NCBI GenBank assembly: GCA_045627025.1
Contig: JAZQMW010000019.1
Span: forward strand, 3,047 to 67,046
Direction of reading: 5' to 3'
DNA length: 64,000 nucleotides
Origin: Treponema sp.
Lineage (GTDB): Bacteria; Spirochaetota; Spirochaetia; Treponematales; Treponemataceae
Shown here piece by piece: positions 21,015 to 32,106 of this stretch. A program made the translations under genes and the position numbers. The notes under the pieces are model-generated. The model was not told the origin of the DNA. It saw only the letters and a list, made by a program, of their open reading frames with translations, and ran no database searches. Positions within the stretch are counted from its first letter, which is position 1. The number at the start of each line of letters is the position of its first letter.

Positions 21015-21866
21015 ATGGTTATTAATCACAACATGAGTTCAATGTTTGCAAACAGATCACTTGGAATGTCAAATGCACAAATGATGGGCAACATTGAAAA
21101 GCTTAGCTCAGGAGAGAAAATCAACCGTGCCGGAGATGACGCATCAGGACTTGCAGTTTCTGAAAAGATGCGCAGCCAGATTCGCGGTCTTAACCAGGCA
21201 AATAGAAATATCCAGAATGGTATTTCATTCATACAGGCTACAGAAGGATATCTTGAAGAGACAACAGACATCCTGCAGCGTGTACGTGAACTCTCTGTTC
21301 AGTCAGCTAACGGAATTTACAGTGAAGAAGACCGAATGCAGATTCAGGTTGAAGTATCTCAGCTTGTTGCTGAGGTAGACAGAATTGCAAGCCATGCTCA
21401 GTTCAACGGAATGAACATCCTTACAGGACGCTTCTCAGAAGGTGCAGAAGCAACTCAGATGGTATTCCAGGTTGGTGCAAACATGGACCAGAGAGTAAAG
21501 GCAGTCATTGGCACAATGACTGCAACAGCTTTGGGACTCAAAGGTGCACAGGGTACAGACGAGCAGCTTAAGATTTCTTCACCGGAAGAAGCAAATACAG
21601 CAATAGGAGCAATTGACGAGGCATTGAAACGAGTTTCAAGACAAAGAGCAGATCTTGGTGCATACCAGAACCGCTTTGAAATGGCATCAAAGGGAATTGC
21701 CGTAGCAGCAGAAAACCTTCAGAGTGCAGAATCAGGAATTCGTGATACAGACATGGCAGCAGAAATGGTTGAATACACAAAAAATTCCATTCTTACACAG
21801 TCTGGAACAGCTATGCTTGGTCAGGCAAATGCAAAGTCACAGAATGTACTTGCATTGCTTCAGTAG
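21015..21866 (+). CDS. flaB: Flagellin FlaB paralogue
   Basis: Same flagellin N/C motifs; GGAGG SD before ATG 21015. Confidence 0.96.
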   Translation: MVINHNMSSMFANRSLGMSNAQMMGNIEKLSSGEKINRAGDDASGLAVSEKMRSQIRGLNQANRNIQNGISFIQATEGYLEETTDILQRVRELSVQSANGIYSEEDRMQIQVEVSQLVAEVDRIASHAQFNGMNILTGRFSEGAEATQMVFQVGANMDQRVKAVIGTMTATALGLKGAQGTDEQLKISSPEEANTAIGAIDEALKRVSRQRADLGAYQNRFEMASKGIAVAAENLQSAESGIRDTDMAAEMVEYTKNSILTQSGTAMLGQANAKSQNVLALLQ

Positions 21867-21996
21867 CTCTCAGTTACTGAGAATGTGTTGATTTTAAGAG
21901 AAATCTGGATGTCTTCTTTTAAATGAAACGCATTGGGAGTTGAGGAAGGGTGGCGCCCCCTTTCTCACTCTTTTCTTATTTCAGGAGGAAATAACC

Positions 21997-22401
21997 ATGA
22001 GTACAATAGGTATGATTGGGACGACGACGGCAATGGATGGCCAAAAAGTCTATAATGCTGTAAAAAGCATTAATGCTCTTTCTGTAAAACAAAATGCTTC
22101 AGCTAAGCCGTCCGTAACACAGAAGAATGTTCTTCCAGATTCGGCAGAGGATGTCCTTAAAAACTTGGAAACCTCAAAAAGGCAAACAGAAGAAGCTGCA
22201 CAGGAACTGCAAAGACTTTCGGACATGGTAAATGGCAATAAGCTTCAGTTTTCAGTTAACAAGGAACTTGACAGGGTAATCATATCTGTTGTAGATTCCT
22301 CCACGAACGAAGTCATAAAACAGATACCATCAGAAGACTTGCAGCGAATTCAGATACACATGAAACATGTAATTGGATTGCTCTTTGATGAAATAATTTA
22401 A
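21997..22401 (+). CDS. flaG: Flagellar protein FlaG
   Basis: LQFSVNKELDRVIISVVD...EVIKQIPSE...GLLFD. Confidence 0.9.
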   Translation: MSTIGMIGTTTAMDGQKVYNAVKSINALSVKQNASAKPSVTQKNVLPDSAEDVLKNLETSKRQTEEAAQELQRLSDMVNGNKLQFSVNKELDRVIISVVDSSTNEVIKQIPSEDLQRIQIHMKHVIGLLFDEII

Positions 22402-22411
22402 TGACAGACCG

Positions 22412-24499
22412 ATGGCAGATGGACTTATAATTCCCGGCGTAAGCGACAGGTACAAGACAAACGATATCGTAGAAGCTCTGATGAATGTGGAACGCGTTCC
22501 CCTGGAACGTGAAAAATCAAATTTAGAAAAATATGAAAAGCAGCAGAGTGCATGGCGTGTTCTGAATCAGAAAATGTCAACACTCAGAGACAGCGTAAAG
22601 GCATTATATTCTTTTGAAAATCCCTTCAACAACAAACTGGGTTCTTCTACAGATGAGTTTTCAATCACACTGGATGCAGGCAGGGAAGCTGATTACGGTT
22701 CATTCAAGATTGACGTATTGCAGCCGGCAGAAACAGACAGGTTTTTAAGTGACGAAATCAAAAGTGACAGTCAGGTTCCTGAAGGAAAATATACATTTGT
22801 CATCGGTGACAAAAAAATAGAGTTCAACTGGAAAGGCGGCAAGCTGAATGACTTTGTGAACTCAATGAACAAACGTGGAAACGATACAATCAGGGCAAGC
22901 CTCATAGGCATAAATGATGGACAAAAATCGCTCTTGGTCGAAAGCCTGAAAACAGGTGAAAAAAACAGGCTCGAATTTGAAAACAAGGCATTGGAATATT
23001 TCAAAACCATAGGAATGATAAGGCCTACGGTACCTAAAAACAAAGAAATCACCATAAAACAAAACGATTTGGTTTCTCCTGAAACACCAGATGAATTCAA
23101 AAAAGACGGCATACCTGTCATTTCAAAAAGCAGCGTAACAATAAACGGGGAAAAGATTACCGTCGGAGCACGAGGCGGATTTTCAATAGACATTCCGGCA
23201 GAGGCTCTTGAAGATATAAATTCGAATATAGAATTCCATTTTACGGAAACAGAAATAGAAGACATAACAAGCTCGCAAAGCTCGAAAAAGGATGTACAGG
23301 CATTTTCTCTGCCTGAACCGGACAGCATAACTTACGAAGGAATCACAGTTTTCAACAATCCAAGTGAGACTTCCCTCCCCCCAGACAACGTAAAAAAGGA
23401 AAATCCAAAACCTTTCGTTGCAGACAGCGGAGATTTTTTTTACATCAAGGACAAAGACGGAAAAGAAACAAAAATCAGTCCTGATTATTTCAGCAGGGAT
23501 GATTCAGCAGGAGATATAAAAGTATCCATACCGGTAAAGGATTTTCCGAACGCAGAAAAACTCATTGTCATGAATCCAAACACGGGAAAACAAATCTCGC
23601 TTACAATGCCTACAAGTGCAGACATGTCAAGTTCAATGGGATTTGAGCCGCAGCATGCAATATCCACAGCAAAAGATGCAGTGATTAAATACGAAGGAAT
23701 AACGCTTACAAGGCCGACAAACGATATTGACGATGTTGTTCCGCACGTAACGCTTCACGTACATGACAAAACAGAAAAAACAGCAACGCTAAAGATTGAA
23801 CCAGACAAAGAAGGTGCCAAAAATGCAATAATCACATTTGTCGGAAAATACAATCAGGCGATAGCAGAATTGAACATACTTTCCACAAACAAACCGGAAA
23901 TCATTTCGGAACTTGACTATCTGTCAAAAGACGAACAGGATGAAGCTAAAGAGAGACTCGGAATGTTTCAGGGAGATTTTTCCCTGTCAAACGGAAAGTC
24001 TTCAATACAAAGAATAGTTTCTGCAGACTACAAGTTGATAGACAAATCGGAAGTGACAATGCTTTCACAAGCGGGTATTTCAACAAATGCATCAGGCGGT
24101 ACCAAAGGCTACAATGCATCGCAAATGCGCGGATATCTTGAAGTGGATGAGAAAAAACTTGATTCTGTGATAGACAATCATATTGATGATTTGAGAATCC
24201 TCTTTGGCCATGATACAGATGGAGATTTGATAATTGACAACGGAATCGGTCTAAAACTTGACAAACAGCTTACGGCATGGGTTCAGTCAGGAGGAATAAT
24301 TTCCAACAAAACATCAGTGATTGATGGTCAGATAAAAAACACAAATACAAAAATCACAAAACTTGAGTCCCAGCTTGACAAAAAGGAATCTGAACTTAAG
24401 CGAAAATACGCATCTATGGAAGGTTCATTAAACAACTTGGAAAGCCAGTCAGATTCTATAAATAATTTTGCTAAACAAAACAGTAACAGCCGAAAATAA
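22412..24499 (+). CDS. fliD: Flagellar filament cap FliD
   Basis: IPGVSDRYKTNDIVEALM, AKDAVIKYEGITLTRPTNDIDDVVP, C-terminal coiled coil; follows flaG. Confidence 0.92.
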   Translation: MADGLIIPGVSDRYKTNDIVEALMNVERVPLEREKSNLEKYEKQQSAWRVLNQKMSTLRDSVKALYSFENPFNNKLGSSTDEFSITLDAGREADYGSFKIDVLQPAETDRFLSDEIKSDSQVPEGKYTFVIGDKKIEFNWKGGKLNDFVNSMNKRGNDTIRASLIGINDGQKSLLVESLKTGEKNRLEFENKALEYFKTIGMIRPTVPKNKEITIKQNDLVSPETPDEFKKDGIPVISKSSVTINGEKITVGARGGFSIDIPAEALEDINSNIEFHFTETEIEDITSSQSSKKDVQAFSLPEPDSITYEGITVFNNPSETSLPPDNVKKENPKPFVADSGDFFYIKDKDGKETKISPDYFSRDDSAGDIKVSIPVKDFPNAEKLIVMNPNTGKQISLTMPTSADMSSSMGFEPQHAISTAKDAVIKYEGITLTRPTNDIDDVVPHVTLHVHDKTEKTATLKIEPDKEGAKNAIITFVGKYNQAIAELNILSTNKPEIISELDYLSKDEQDEAKERLGMFQGDFSLSNGKSSIQRIVSADYKLIDKSEVTMLSQAGISTNASGGTKGYNASQMRGYLEVDEKKLDSVIDNHIDDLRILFGHDTDGDLIIDNGIGLKLDKQLTAWVQSGGIISNKTSVIDGQIKNTNTKITKLESQLDKKESELKRKYASMEGSLNNLESQSDSINNFAKQNSNSRK

Positions 24500-24514
24500 A
24501 TACAGGAGTACATA

Positions 24515-25111
24515 ATGGATTTTTTTGTTAATGGCGAAAAAGTGGACATCGCACTTGAAAATGAAAAAACAATAAACGACGTATTAAAGGCATTTGAAGA
24601 AGAAGCCTATAAAAATGAGGCTACAACAATAGGAATAAAAATAAATGGGAAAGATATTCCAGCATCAGAATTTGACGCAGAAGTTTCCAGGGAAATTCAA
24701 GACGACACCCGAATAGACCTCAAGGTTCTTTCAAAATCAAGCGTCATTGAATCGCTAAGGCAGTCAATGAAAAACATGAAGGAACTTTCAAAGCAGATGC
24801 TTGACATACCGTCATCCATCCAAAGCGGCAATGAAAAAAAGGTTTTCGAAACATTTGAAGATCTGGCAAATAAAATTGATGCCTTTTGCCATACAGCAAC
24901 ATTAAGCTCATTGTTTCCTGAGGTCTATAGTGCTATAATAATAGATGGGAAAAACGTTTGTGAGTTTTTTGAAGAATTCGCACCAATAATGGCAGATTTC
25001 GAAACATCATTGAATGACAAAGACTCTGTTACTACCGGTGATTTATGTGAATACGAAATTGCTCCAAGACTTGAAGAAATTTACAAGGCCTTGGAATCAT
25101 GCCTGAATTAG
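24515..25111 (+). CDS. Conserved hypothetical protein downstream of fliD
   Basis: AGGAG SD; C-terminal D.VTTGDLCEYEIAP. Confidence 0.8.
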   Translation: MDFFVNGEKVDIALENEKTINDVLKAFEEEAYKNEATTIGIKINGKDIPASEFDAEVSREIQDDTRIDLKVLSKSSVIESLRQSMKNMKELSKQMLDIPSSIQSGNEKKVFETFEDLANKIDAFCHTATLSSLFPEVYSAIIIDGKNVCEFFEEFAPIMADFETSLNDKDSVTTGDLCEYEIAPRLEEIYKALESCLN

Positions 25112-25125
25112 AGCAATAAGGAGGT

Positions 25126-26214
25126 GTGTTTATGGGAGCAGCAGGTTCTCCTCTTGCGGCACGAACAGGAAGTTTCATCTATATTTTCATTTTGATTTTC
25201 GTCTCCATACTTGTCGTTGTGGCGATATGTTATTTTATTTACCTGAAATACAGGGAGAAGCGAAAGACAAAAGCATGGTATGAAGCTTACAAGAACAGGG
25301 AAACAAAATTTGCCGACGTAAAGCTTGTAGCAAGGGAAGCTCATCTTGACAATGATGAAAAACAGCGTTTATGGCATATATGCAGAAGATATCATGCACC
25401 TAACATAGCATGTCTCTACAGGGATGAAGACAGGCTTAATGAGCTTTTTTCACAGGAATACAATAGAATTAATGAGCAGCAGCCAAGAAATGAGGAAAAA
25501 ATTTCCATTTTCTTCTCATTGAGGTACAAGCTTGAAAAAGCCGTAGAACAAAAGCTGTCCATTTCATCAACAAAAAGCCTCAAGGAAGAACAGATTATCA
25601 CGATTCAGGGACAGGACAAAATTCCTTGGAGCCTTAAAATAGTCAAGACAGACGCACAGGGATTTTATGTTTCAATTCCAGAAGAAATGAAACAAAAAAA
25701 CATACAGCCAAAGCCACTTTCCAGAATGGCATGCAATTTTTCTCTCAAATCTGGAATTGCATATCAGTGCGTGCTTAGAGCCGCCCGTTATGAAAAACAG
25801 ACAAATGGAGAGGAACTTCTTTATTTTGCCCACTCAGCCGACCTGCACATGATGCAGCGAAGAAAGGCAAAAAGAATGAAAGTAAGTTCTGACTGCTATT
25901 TCTCTGCCGTAAAAATGACACAGGTTCAGAAAAAGAAAAAATTTGAGATTCTTGACAAAAGATATACAGGAAAACTCATGGATATTTCTGCGCTCGGATG
26001 TAAAATTTGGTGCGGTTTACCTATTGTACAAGGGCAGTATCTTCAGATATACTTTACGCTTGAAGGCTTTGAAAATGAGCATGAAGCACAGGGATTAATT
26101 GTTGCGACAAAGAAAAATCCTGACAACAAGACGTTTGTACTGCATATTAAATTTACAGATATAAATACGAAGGCTAAAAATAATATTTATGCAAAGATAT
26201 ACGGTTATTTTTAG
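25126..26214 (+). CDS. Membrane-anchored PilZ-domain (YcgR-like) c-di-GMP receptor
   Basis: N-terminal TM; RRKAKR (RxxxR) and DISALG (DxSxxG). Confidence 0.85.
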   Translation: MFMGAAGSPLAARTGSFIYIFILIFVSILVVVAICYFIYLKYREKRKTKAWYEAYKNRETKFADVKLVAREAHLDNDEKQRLWHICRRYHAPNIACLYRDEDRLNELFSQEYNRINEQQPRNEEKISIFFSLRYKLEKAVEQKLSISSTKSLKEEQIITIQGQDKIPWSLKIVKTDAQGFYVSIPEEMKQKNIQPKPLSRMACNFSLKSGIAYQCVLRAARYEKQTNGEELLYFAHSADLHMMQRRKAKRMKVSSDCYFSAVKMTQVQKKKKFEILDKRYTGKLMDISALGCKIWCGLPIVQGQYLQIYFTLEGFENEHEAQGLIVATKKNPDNKTFVLHIKFTDINTKAKNNIYAKIYGYF

Positions 26215-26237
26215 CATTCTGGGATACAATATATATT

Positions 26238-26507
26238 ATGAAGGTTATTGAATTAAACTCCATTACAAAAGAAGACGGATACATTTACTATATTCATCAT
26301 TATAAGGCTACAGCTGTAATTGAAATGATAACAAAGACTTTCAATGTGCCAATAAGCTTTACGGTGGAAATGAACCCACTTGGCATGCGTTCCGTAGATT
26401 TGGACCCGTTACCAAGAGAAATAGATTATCCGGTTTTGCCGTTGTCAAAAGCACTGAAGGATTTCATTGACATAATGGCCAGGGACGGTCTGCTCCCACA
26501 GACTTGA
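26238..26507 (+). CDS. Hypothetical protein
   Basis: 89-aa ORF in gene-dense context; IDYPVLPL motif. Confidence 0.75.
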   Translation: MKVIELNSITKEDGYIYYIHHYKATAVIEMITKTFNVPISFTVEMNPLGMRSVDLDPLPREIDYPVLPLSKALKDFIDIMARDGLLPQT

Positions 26508-26538
26508 TTATAGGGAAATAAAGTGATAGTATTTTCGT

Positions 26539-26985
26539 ATGACTTTTACAACACATACTTCAGAAGAAACTATTGAGCTTGGAAAGGTTATTGGATCTTT
26601 GCTAAAGCCCGGTGACGTGCTTGCAATGACAGGAACACTTGCAGCTGGAAAAACAACAATCACGAAAGGCATTGCGGAAGCCTTGGGTGTCGACGACAAC
26701 ATAACAAGTCCGACTTTTTGCCTGATAAGTGAATATAGCGGTTCAAAAATGCCTCTTTATCATATGGATGTCTACAGGCTTGACGGTGCTGAAGATTTCA
26801 TGAATCTTGGTGTTGAAGAAATGCTTTATGGGAATGGCGTGTGCATCATAGAATGGAGTGAAAAAGTACAAAAAGAGCTTCCCAAAAAAACAGTATTCAT
26901 GACCATAACGCCTCATGATGACGGAACAAGGACAATTGATGTTGAAAACTGGAAAAATGGCGAGATAAATTGGAGTGCAAGATGA
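26539..26985 (+). CDS. tsaE: t6A biosynthesis ATPase TsaE
   Basis: GTLAAGKTT, SPTF, HMDVYRL, IIEW. Confidence 0.95.
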   Translation: MTFTTHTSEETIELGKVIGSLLKPGDVLAMTGTLAAGKTTITKGIAEALGVDDNITSPTFCLISEYSGSKMPLYHMDVYRLDGAEDFMNLGVEEMLYGNGVCIIEWSEKVQKELPKKTVFMTITPHDDGTRTIDVENWKNGEINWSAR

Positions 26986-27677
26986 ACGCATTGGTTATAG
27001 ATTGTGCAGTGTCAAAACTTTCGATTGCAGCAAAAAATGACACAAAAACAGTAAAAATCGTACTTGACATCGGCATCAAACAGTCAGAAAAACTGCTTCC
27101 TGCCATTGATTATGTTCTTAAAGAAGCTGAACTTGAGCCAAAAAATCTTGACTATACAGCGGTAACGCTTGGTCCCGGAACGTTTACAGGATTGAGACTC
27201 GGACTCAGTGCCCTAAAGGCATTGAATCTTTCATATGACATACCAGTGTATGGGATTCCATCACTTGATGCCTATGCGCATCCTTATGATTCTGCAATTG
27301 AAAGCGTTCTTTCTGTTCTTGAAGCAAAAGAAGACGAATTCTTTTATGCATTCTACATAAGGGGACAAAAGCTCCGTGAAGAAGAAGATTCAGAAATCGA
27401 AGAAATTTTAAAACAGATTGATGCAGAAACATCAGTTCTGGTATGTGGACCTGGGGCCAAGACTTTTGTGGACAGAACCCATGAAATCACCTCACTCTAT
27501 TCAATTCATGCTTTCACACCGGAAAATGATGCTTGTGAAAGTCTTTTTGAAATGGCTGAAAAAATGATACGCGAGAAACAGCCTCCCCTTGCAGATTATG
27601 ACGGTCCGCTATACGTCAGAAAAAGTGAAGCGGAACTTGTTCTTGAGAAAAAAACAAGTGAAAATGGCGGAAAGTAA
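26982..27677 (+). CDS. tsaB: t6A biosynthesis protein TsaB
   Basis: GPGTFTGLRLG, PLYVRKSEAE. Confidence 0.93.
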   Translation: MNALVIDCAVSKLSIAAKNDTKTVKIVLDIGIKQSEKLLPAIDYVLKEAELEPKNLDYTAVTLGPGTFTGLRLGLSALKALNLSYDIPVYGIPSLDAYAHPYDSAIESVLSVLEAKEDEFFYAFYIRGQKLREEEDSEIEEILKQIDAETSVLVCGPGAKTFVDRTHEITSLYSIHAFTPENDACESLFEMAEKMIREKQPPLADYDGPLYVRKSEAELVLEKKTSENGGK

Positions 27678-27917
27678 AATTTTCATTTTCAGATAAATAT
27701 TGGGCTGGCATGGATTTATTAAAAATAAAAGCCAGTCCATTTTATTTTAAATTCCAATTCCGCAAAGGAAACATGTCTATTTGCATGGCAAAAAAAAACT
27801 TGAACTGGACATAAAATCACAATTCAAGTATTAAAATCAAACCAACGGGAACTTTCCAAAAATGCAACTATCAGAGGCAGCTTCAAAAAAGCGAAATTTC
27901 ACGACTTGGAACTCGTC

Positions 27918-27949
27918 GGGCAACTCTAGATAGTATTTTTGAGATGCCC
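27918..27949. repeat. REP-like palindrome
   Basis: GGGCAACTCTAGA...TTTTGAGATGCCC between convergent tsaB and csrA. Confidence 0.55.
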
Positions 27950-27954
27950 TTACT

Positions 27955-28170
27955 TCAGTTGAAAAGACTTTTAAGGCTTTCTACAGAAACATTGTTTGCG
28001 GCTTTGTTTTCAGACTGAATTGCATCAAAGACTTCCTGCCTGTAAACTTTTATTGAATTCGGAGCTTCTACTCCAATCTTCACCTGGTCACCCTTTATGT
28101 CTATTATTGTAAGGGTAATGTCATCCCCGATTCGTATTTTCTGGTCAAGTTTTCTGGAAAGGATTAGCAT
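27955..28170 (-). CDS. csrA: Carbon storage regulator CsrA
   Basis: MLILSRK...IRIGDDI...[17 protein letters not shown]. Confidence 0.95.
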   Translation of the reverse strand: MLILSRKLDQKIRIGDDITLTIIDIKGDQVKIGVEAPNSIKVYRQEVFDAIQSENKAANNVSVESLKSLFN

Positions 28171-28613
28171 CCGTGAGCCTCCTTTCGCTTTAAGGCCTCG
28201 AAGATATTATGCTTCGTTGTATACCTTGAATTTTCAAGAATCGCCTGCATGCACTTATGGTTTTTCTTGTTTATGATGAGAGGTCCCTGAAAATTTGCAG
28301 TTACCGCACTTCCATCCCTCGGAACGGTAACAATAGTAAGTACCGATACGTCTGACGGATCGCTAATGCCAATGCTTTCAAGTTCCTTGTCGTCAATATC
28401 AGCTTCATAGTCATCTGCTATAAGGAAAGGATCAATCAAAAGAAAAGCAAGATTAGATTCCTGCAATGACTGGAGCCAAATCAAGGGAGAAAATTCGCTA
28501 TCAACAAGCGCAAAATTCTTATATTCCTCAAATCCAAGAAGACCATCAGGTATTGTTATGAGACAATCATCATCAACAGTAACAGAACCCATCGTTTTTG
28601 TTGCAACTTCCAT
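28164..28613 (-). CDS. fliW: Flagellar assembly factor FliW
   Basis: [30 protein letters not shown]. Confidence 0.93.
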   Translation of the reverse strand: MEVATKTMGSVTVDDDCLITIPDGLLGFEEYKNFALVDSEFSPLIWLQSLQESNLAFLLIDPFLIADDYEADIDDKELESIGISDPSDVSVLTIVTVPRDGSAVTANFQGPLIINKKNHKCMQAILENSRYTTKHNIFEALKRKEAHGC

Positions 28614-28648
28614 AATTTCCACCACCCCGTTAAAAATCATCTTTTTGT

Positions 28649-28683
28649 GGGAAACTCTAAATTTTGCCATTTTAGAGCTTCCC
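28649..28683. repeat. REP-like palindrome
   Basis: GGGAAACTCTAAA-N-TTTAGAGCTTCCC. Confidence 0.6.
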
Positions 28684-28876
28684 TTATTTCAGGATTAATA
28701 ATCCCATTTATCCCCATAATACCTGAGCTGCAGATGTTTTCTCCACAACCCATGCATTGTAAAACCCTTAAAAAATCAAATTCCGCCACTCAAATCCAAT
28801 CAAACCGCATTCTGCATGAAGAACATCAAATCATGCGGATTCCGTGTCACGGTCAGAATGGCTAAAAATGTCCCCA

Positions 28877-30124
28877 TTACCTCATGTAATTTAAAAGTGA
28901 ACTAGAATACATTTTTCCTGCATTGCTGAGAGTAGCCTGGTTTACATATTCCATCATCTTAAGGTCGGTTATTGCCTCCGTAAGATCGATATCACCTTCA
29001 CGGCTTACAAGCTGAGTAACATTAATATTGTTTGTTTCAGAACGCTGAATGTTGTTCATTGCGCGTTCATAATCACTGCCTGACTTTGCAAGGCTTTTTG
29101 TCAGATTGTTTATGCCCAAATCAAGAGTTCCCAAAACACGGCTTCCTATGGATTCCTGGTCTCCTGTAAGCATGGCATTTCTCAAAGATATGACGGCATC
29201 AAAAAGAGAACCACCTGCAACCTTGACGGCAGACGTATTTACGTTGTATGGAGGAAGCTGGCTTCTGTCAAGAATCATTCCCATGTCTGAAAGAGCAGTT
29301 CCCTTCTTGTCCTCAAGCCAAATCTGATGCGAATCTGTGGTAGCAAGTACGAGACCTTTCGAAACAGGGTCTATGGAAGCTTTTACGGCAACTCCAGAAT
29401 CGTTTATTTTTGCAGCAACAGAATAAACATTATCACCAGACTTAAGTGAAATGTCCACGCCATCAACAGAGATGACTGCGTCAGAAACAGCTTGCCATGA
29501 TGTAAGATCCCTCTGGCAGATTAACTGCTGCGGCTCAGCCCAAAATGTCTTGGAACCGATGTTTTCTACAGAAAGATATGCATTCTCGTCAACTTCAATC
29601 TTATTCGTTCCAATATTTCCCTTATAATGAACATTCTCAATGAGTTCTTCACTGCTTCCTGGAATGTTTCCAAGCTCAACATCAAATGCAGTAGTCTTTG
29701 ACCTCGTTCCTGCAAAAAGAGAATTTCCATCAGGACCAACCCCATTTGCATTCTGGATGATTTCCTTCAAAAGCTCATTTACCTCAACAGCCATATTCTT
29801 CAAGTCATCTTTCGTATATGTACCGTTTGCGCCAGAAACTGCAAGCTCACGAACACGCTGCATTATCTGAAGATTCTGATTTATGTAGCCTTCACGCACG
29901 CTCAACTCATCAGAAAGAGTCTGGGCATTTTTTTCAAACTGTCCAACCCTATTCAAAAAAGACTGATAGCGAACCAAATGTCCTGCGGCTATGGGATCGT
30001 CACGAAGAGCGCCAATTTTTGACTGAGTTCCAATCTGATGGCTCTTCATTGCACTTTTGACTTCCTGTCTCCTAAGATTAAACTGCGTATCATTGTTATT
30101 GAACTGTGAACTGATTCTATGCAT
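28877..30124 (-). CDS. flgL: Hook-associated protein 3 FlgL
   Basis: Flagellin-like N-terminus LRDDPIAA, QRVRELAVSGANGTY, C-terminal SLLNYMR. Confidence 0.92.
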   Translation of the reverse strand: MHRISSQFNNNDTQFNLRRQEVKSAMKSHQIGTQSKIGALRDDPIAAGHLVRYQSFLNRVGQFEKNAQTLSDELSVREGYINQNLQIMQRVRELAVSGANGTYTKDDLKNMAVEVNELLKEIIQNANGVGPDGNSLFAGTRSKTTAFDVELGNIPGSSEELIENVHYKGNIGTNKIEVDENAYLSVENIGSKTFWAEPQQLICQRDLTSWQAVSDAVISVDGVDISLKSGDNVYSVAAKINDSGVAVKASIDPVSKGLVLATTDSHQIWLEDKKGTALSDMGMILDRSQLPPYNVNTSAVKVAGGSLFDAVISLRNAMLTGDQESIGSRVLGTLDLGINNLTKSLAKSGSDYERAMNNIQRSETNNINVTQLVSREGDIDLTEAITDLKMMEYVNQATLSNAGKMYSSSLLNYMR

Positions 30125-30158
30125 ATTTTACTCCAATCTGTTACTTAAAAATCTGGCA

Positions 30159-32030
30159 TCAAACCCCAAGACGGTTGATAAGCGTATCCAAAAGTTCATC
30201 CTGTACGGAAATGAATTTTGCGGCAACATTATATCCATGCTGGAATTTTATCATGTCGGCAAGTTCCTCATCGATATTTACTCCGCTTATGCTGTCACGC
30301 AAATCACGAAGATCTCCCATTATTTTATTGTAGCTCAACATCTGAGTCTCTGCCTGCTCTCCCTTGAGGCCCACAGAGGTAACTTTCTCGGCAAAATAAT
30401 CATCGAACGTACGCTCAGAACCAATCATGACCTTTGTGTTTCTTATGGCGGAAAGCTCCACGGCAGCCCTTCCGTCACTAGGATCAGCAAGCCCCTGATT
30501 GTTTACGTAAGCGGCGGCAACATTGGAAATGTCATTTCTGATTATTCCGTTTACCTCAACATATGCTGCAGGATTCATCAACGGGGACACGGCAAACTTT
30601 ATGCCGTCAAGAGAAGCCACTGCATCTGCCTTTGCAAAATCATATGCGTTTTCTTCACCGCTTCCTGAAAGTATTCCGGAATATCCTGTAAGGAACATTC
30701 CGCTGTCCTCTACATGGCGAATGACAAAATCAGGATTTTCCATATTTGCGGAGGCTGTTGCCTTGAGCACAAGGCAGTTGTTTCTGTCAAGATATGCCTT
30801 TACTTCGGCATTGCTGTCGTTAATCCTGTTGACAACATCTTCCACAGTATCCGTAGAATGATACACAACATCAACAGTTCCATTTGCAGAAGAAAGCTTC
30901 ATCGTTCCCTCAAGACCAATCTGCTCCTGGGCACGAAGCGCATTTTTTCCTGTAAAGCGGAATATGTATGAAGTATCTTCAACACCGTCTCCGTCACGGT
31001 CATAATTTCCGTTTACGTTTTCAACAGCATAATGCTGTACAAAAAAATCAAGACCCGTTGTATTGTTTTTGCCGATTGCGTTTTTATGAACGTCATTTAC
31101 AAGATCAGCAAAGTTCAATGACATTGTATTCAAAGTCTGAATTTCATTCCTTATATCCTTGTCACGAAGTTCAAGAAGGGCACCGAGCGATCCTCCTGAA
31201 AAACCTGCATCAAGCTTTGTGTCTTCCCATGTAAGCTTTGCATATCCATTGTTGTTTATCTGACCTTCAGCAACAATTTTTCGTGCCAAATCGCCCTGTA
31301 TGAGGACTTCACCGCCCGTATGAACCATGAACTCGTCAGGGTCACTGTCTACAACAGTAACATTCACGAGGTTTGCAAGCTTTTCAACAAGGAAATCCCT
31401 TCTGTCCAAAAGGTCGTTTGGATTATCTCCAAGTCCCTCTGAACGAACAATTTCTCCATTTATCTTTGCTATCTGCTCAGCAAGATTGTTCACCTGCTTT
31501 ACGGTAGCCTCAATGTCACCGTTTATCTGGTCGCCAATGCCGCGAAGCCCCTTGTACTGCTGCTGTATGGAATCTGCAAGAGTATTTCCACGAGTAACGA
31601 CAACCTGACGTGCTGCATCGCTTTCAGGATTCATGGACAGTTCCTGCCATCCTTCCCAGTATTTGTCCATATTCGTGCGGACAGAAATGTCATTTGGCTC
31701 ATTGTAAATGGATTCTATCATTGAATAGTATTTTTCACGCGTAGTCCAGTATGACTCTGCATTCGTCTGGTCAACAATACGTGTCTCAAGAAGTTCGTCC
31801 TTGATGCGCTGTATGCTTTCAACGCAAACACCCTGCCCTATCTGACCCGGAACATTTGCACGCTCAAGATCAGGCCTGTAGATGGGACTGAAAGTCGTCG
31901 TATTAACACGCTGCCTTGAATAACCGTCTGTGTTGGCATTTGAAATGTTGTGGCCCGCTGTCGAAATCTGAGTTTCATGCGCCATCAGGCTTCTTTTTCC
32001 AATCTCAATTCCTGCAAAAGAACTTGCCAT
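30159..32030 (-). CDS. flgK: Hook-associated protein 1 FlgK
   Basis: GHNISNANTDGYSRQRV, PNDLLDRRD, SISGVNIDEE. Confidence 0.95.
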   Translation of the reverse strand: MASSFAGIEIGKRSLMAHETQISTAGHNISNANTDGYSRQRVNTTTFSPIYRPDLERANVPGQIGQGVCVESIQRIKDELLETRIVDQTNAESYWTTREKYYSMIESIYNEPNDISVRTNMDKYWEGWQELSMNPESDAARQVVVTRGNTLADSIQQQYKGLRGIGDQINGDIEATVKQVNNLAEQIAKINGEIVRSEGLGDNPNDLLDRRDFLVEKLANLVNVTVVDSDPDEFMVHTGGEVLIQGDLARKIVAEGQINNNGYAKLTWEDTKLDAGFSGGSLGALLELRDKDIRNEIQTLNTMSLNFADLVNDVHKNAIGKNNTTGLDFFVQHYAVENVNGNYDRDGDGVEDTSYIFRFTGKNALRAQEQIGLEGTMKLSSANGTVDVVYHSTDTVEDVVNRINDSNAEVKAYLDRNNCLVLKATASANMENPDFVIRHVEDSGMFLTGYSGILSGSGEENAYDFAKADAVASLDGIKFAVSPLMNPAAYVEVNGIIRNDISNVAAAYVNNQGLADPSDGRAAVELSAIRNTKVMIGSERTFDDYFAEKVTSVGLKGEQAETQMLSYNKIMGDLRDLRDSISGVNIDEELADMIKFQHGYNVAAKFISVQDELLDTLINRLGV

Positions 32031-32106
32031 TTTTTTATCTCCTATTTTCTACTCACAGCACATCTTGTGTCGTGCAAATTTTATACATCAGCCGTTTTAA
32101 ACAAAA

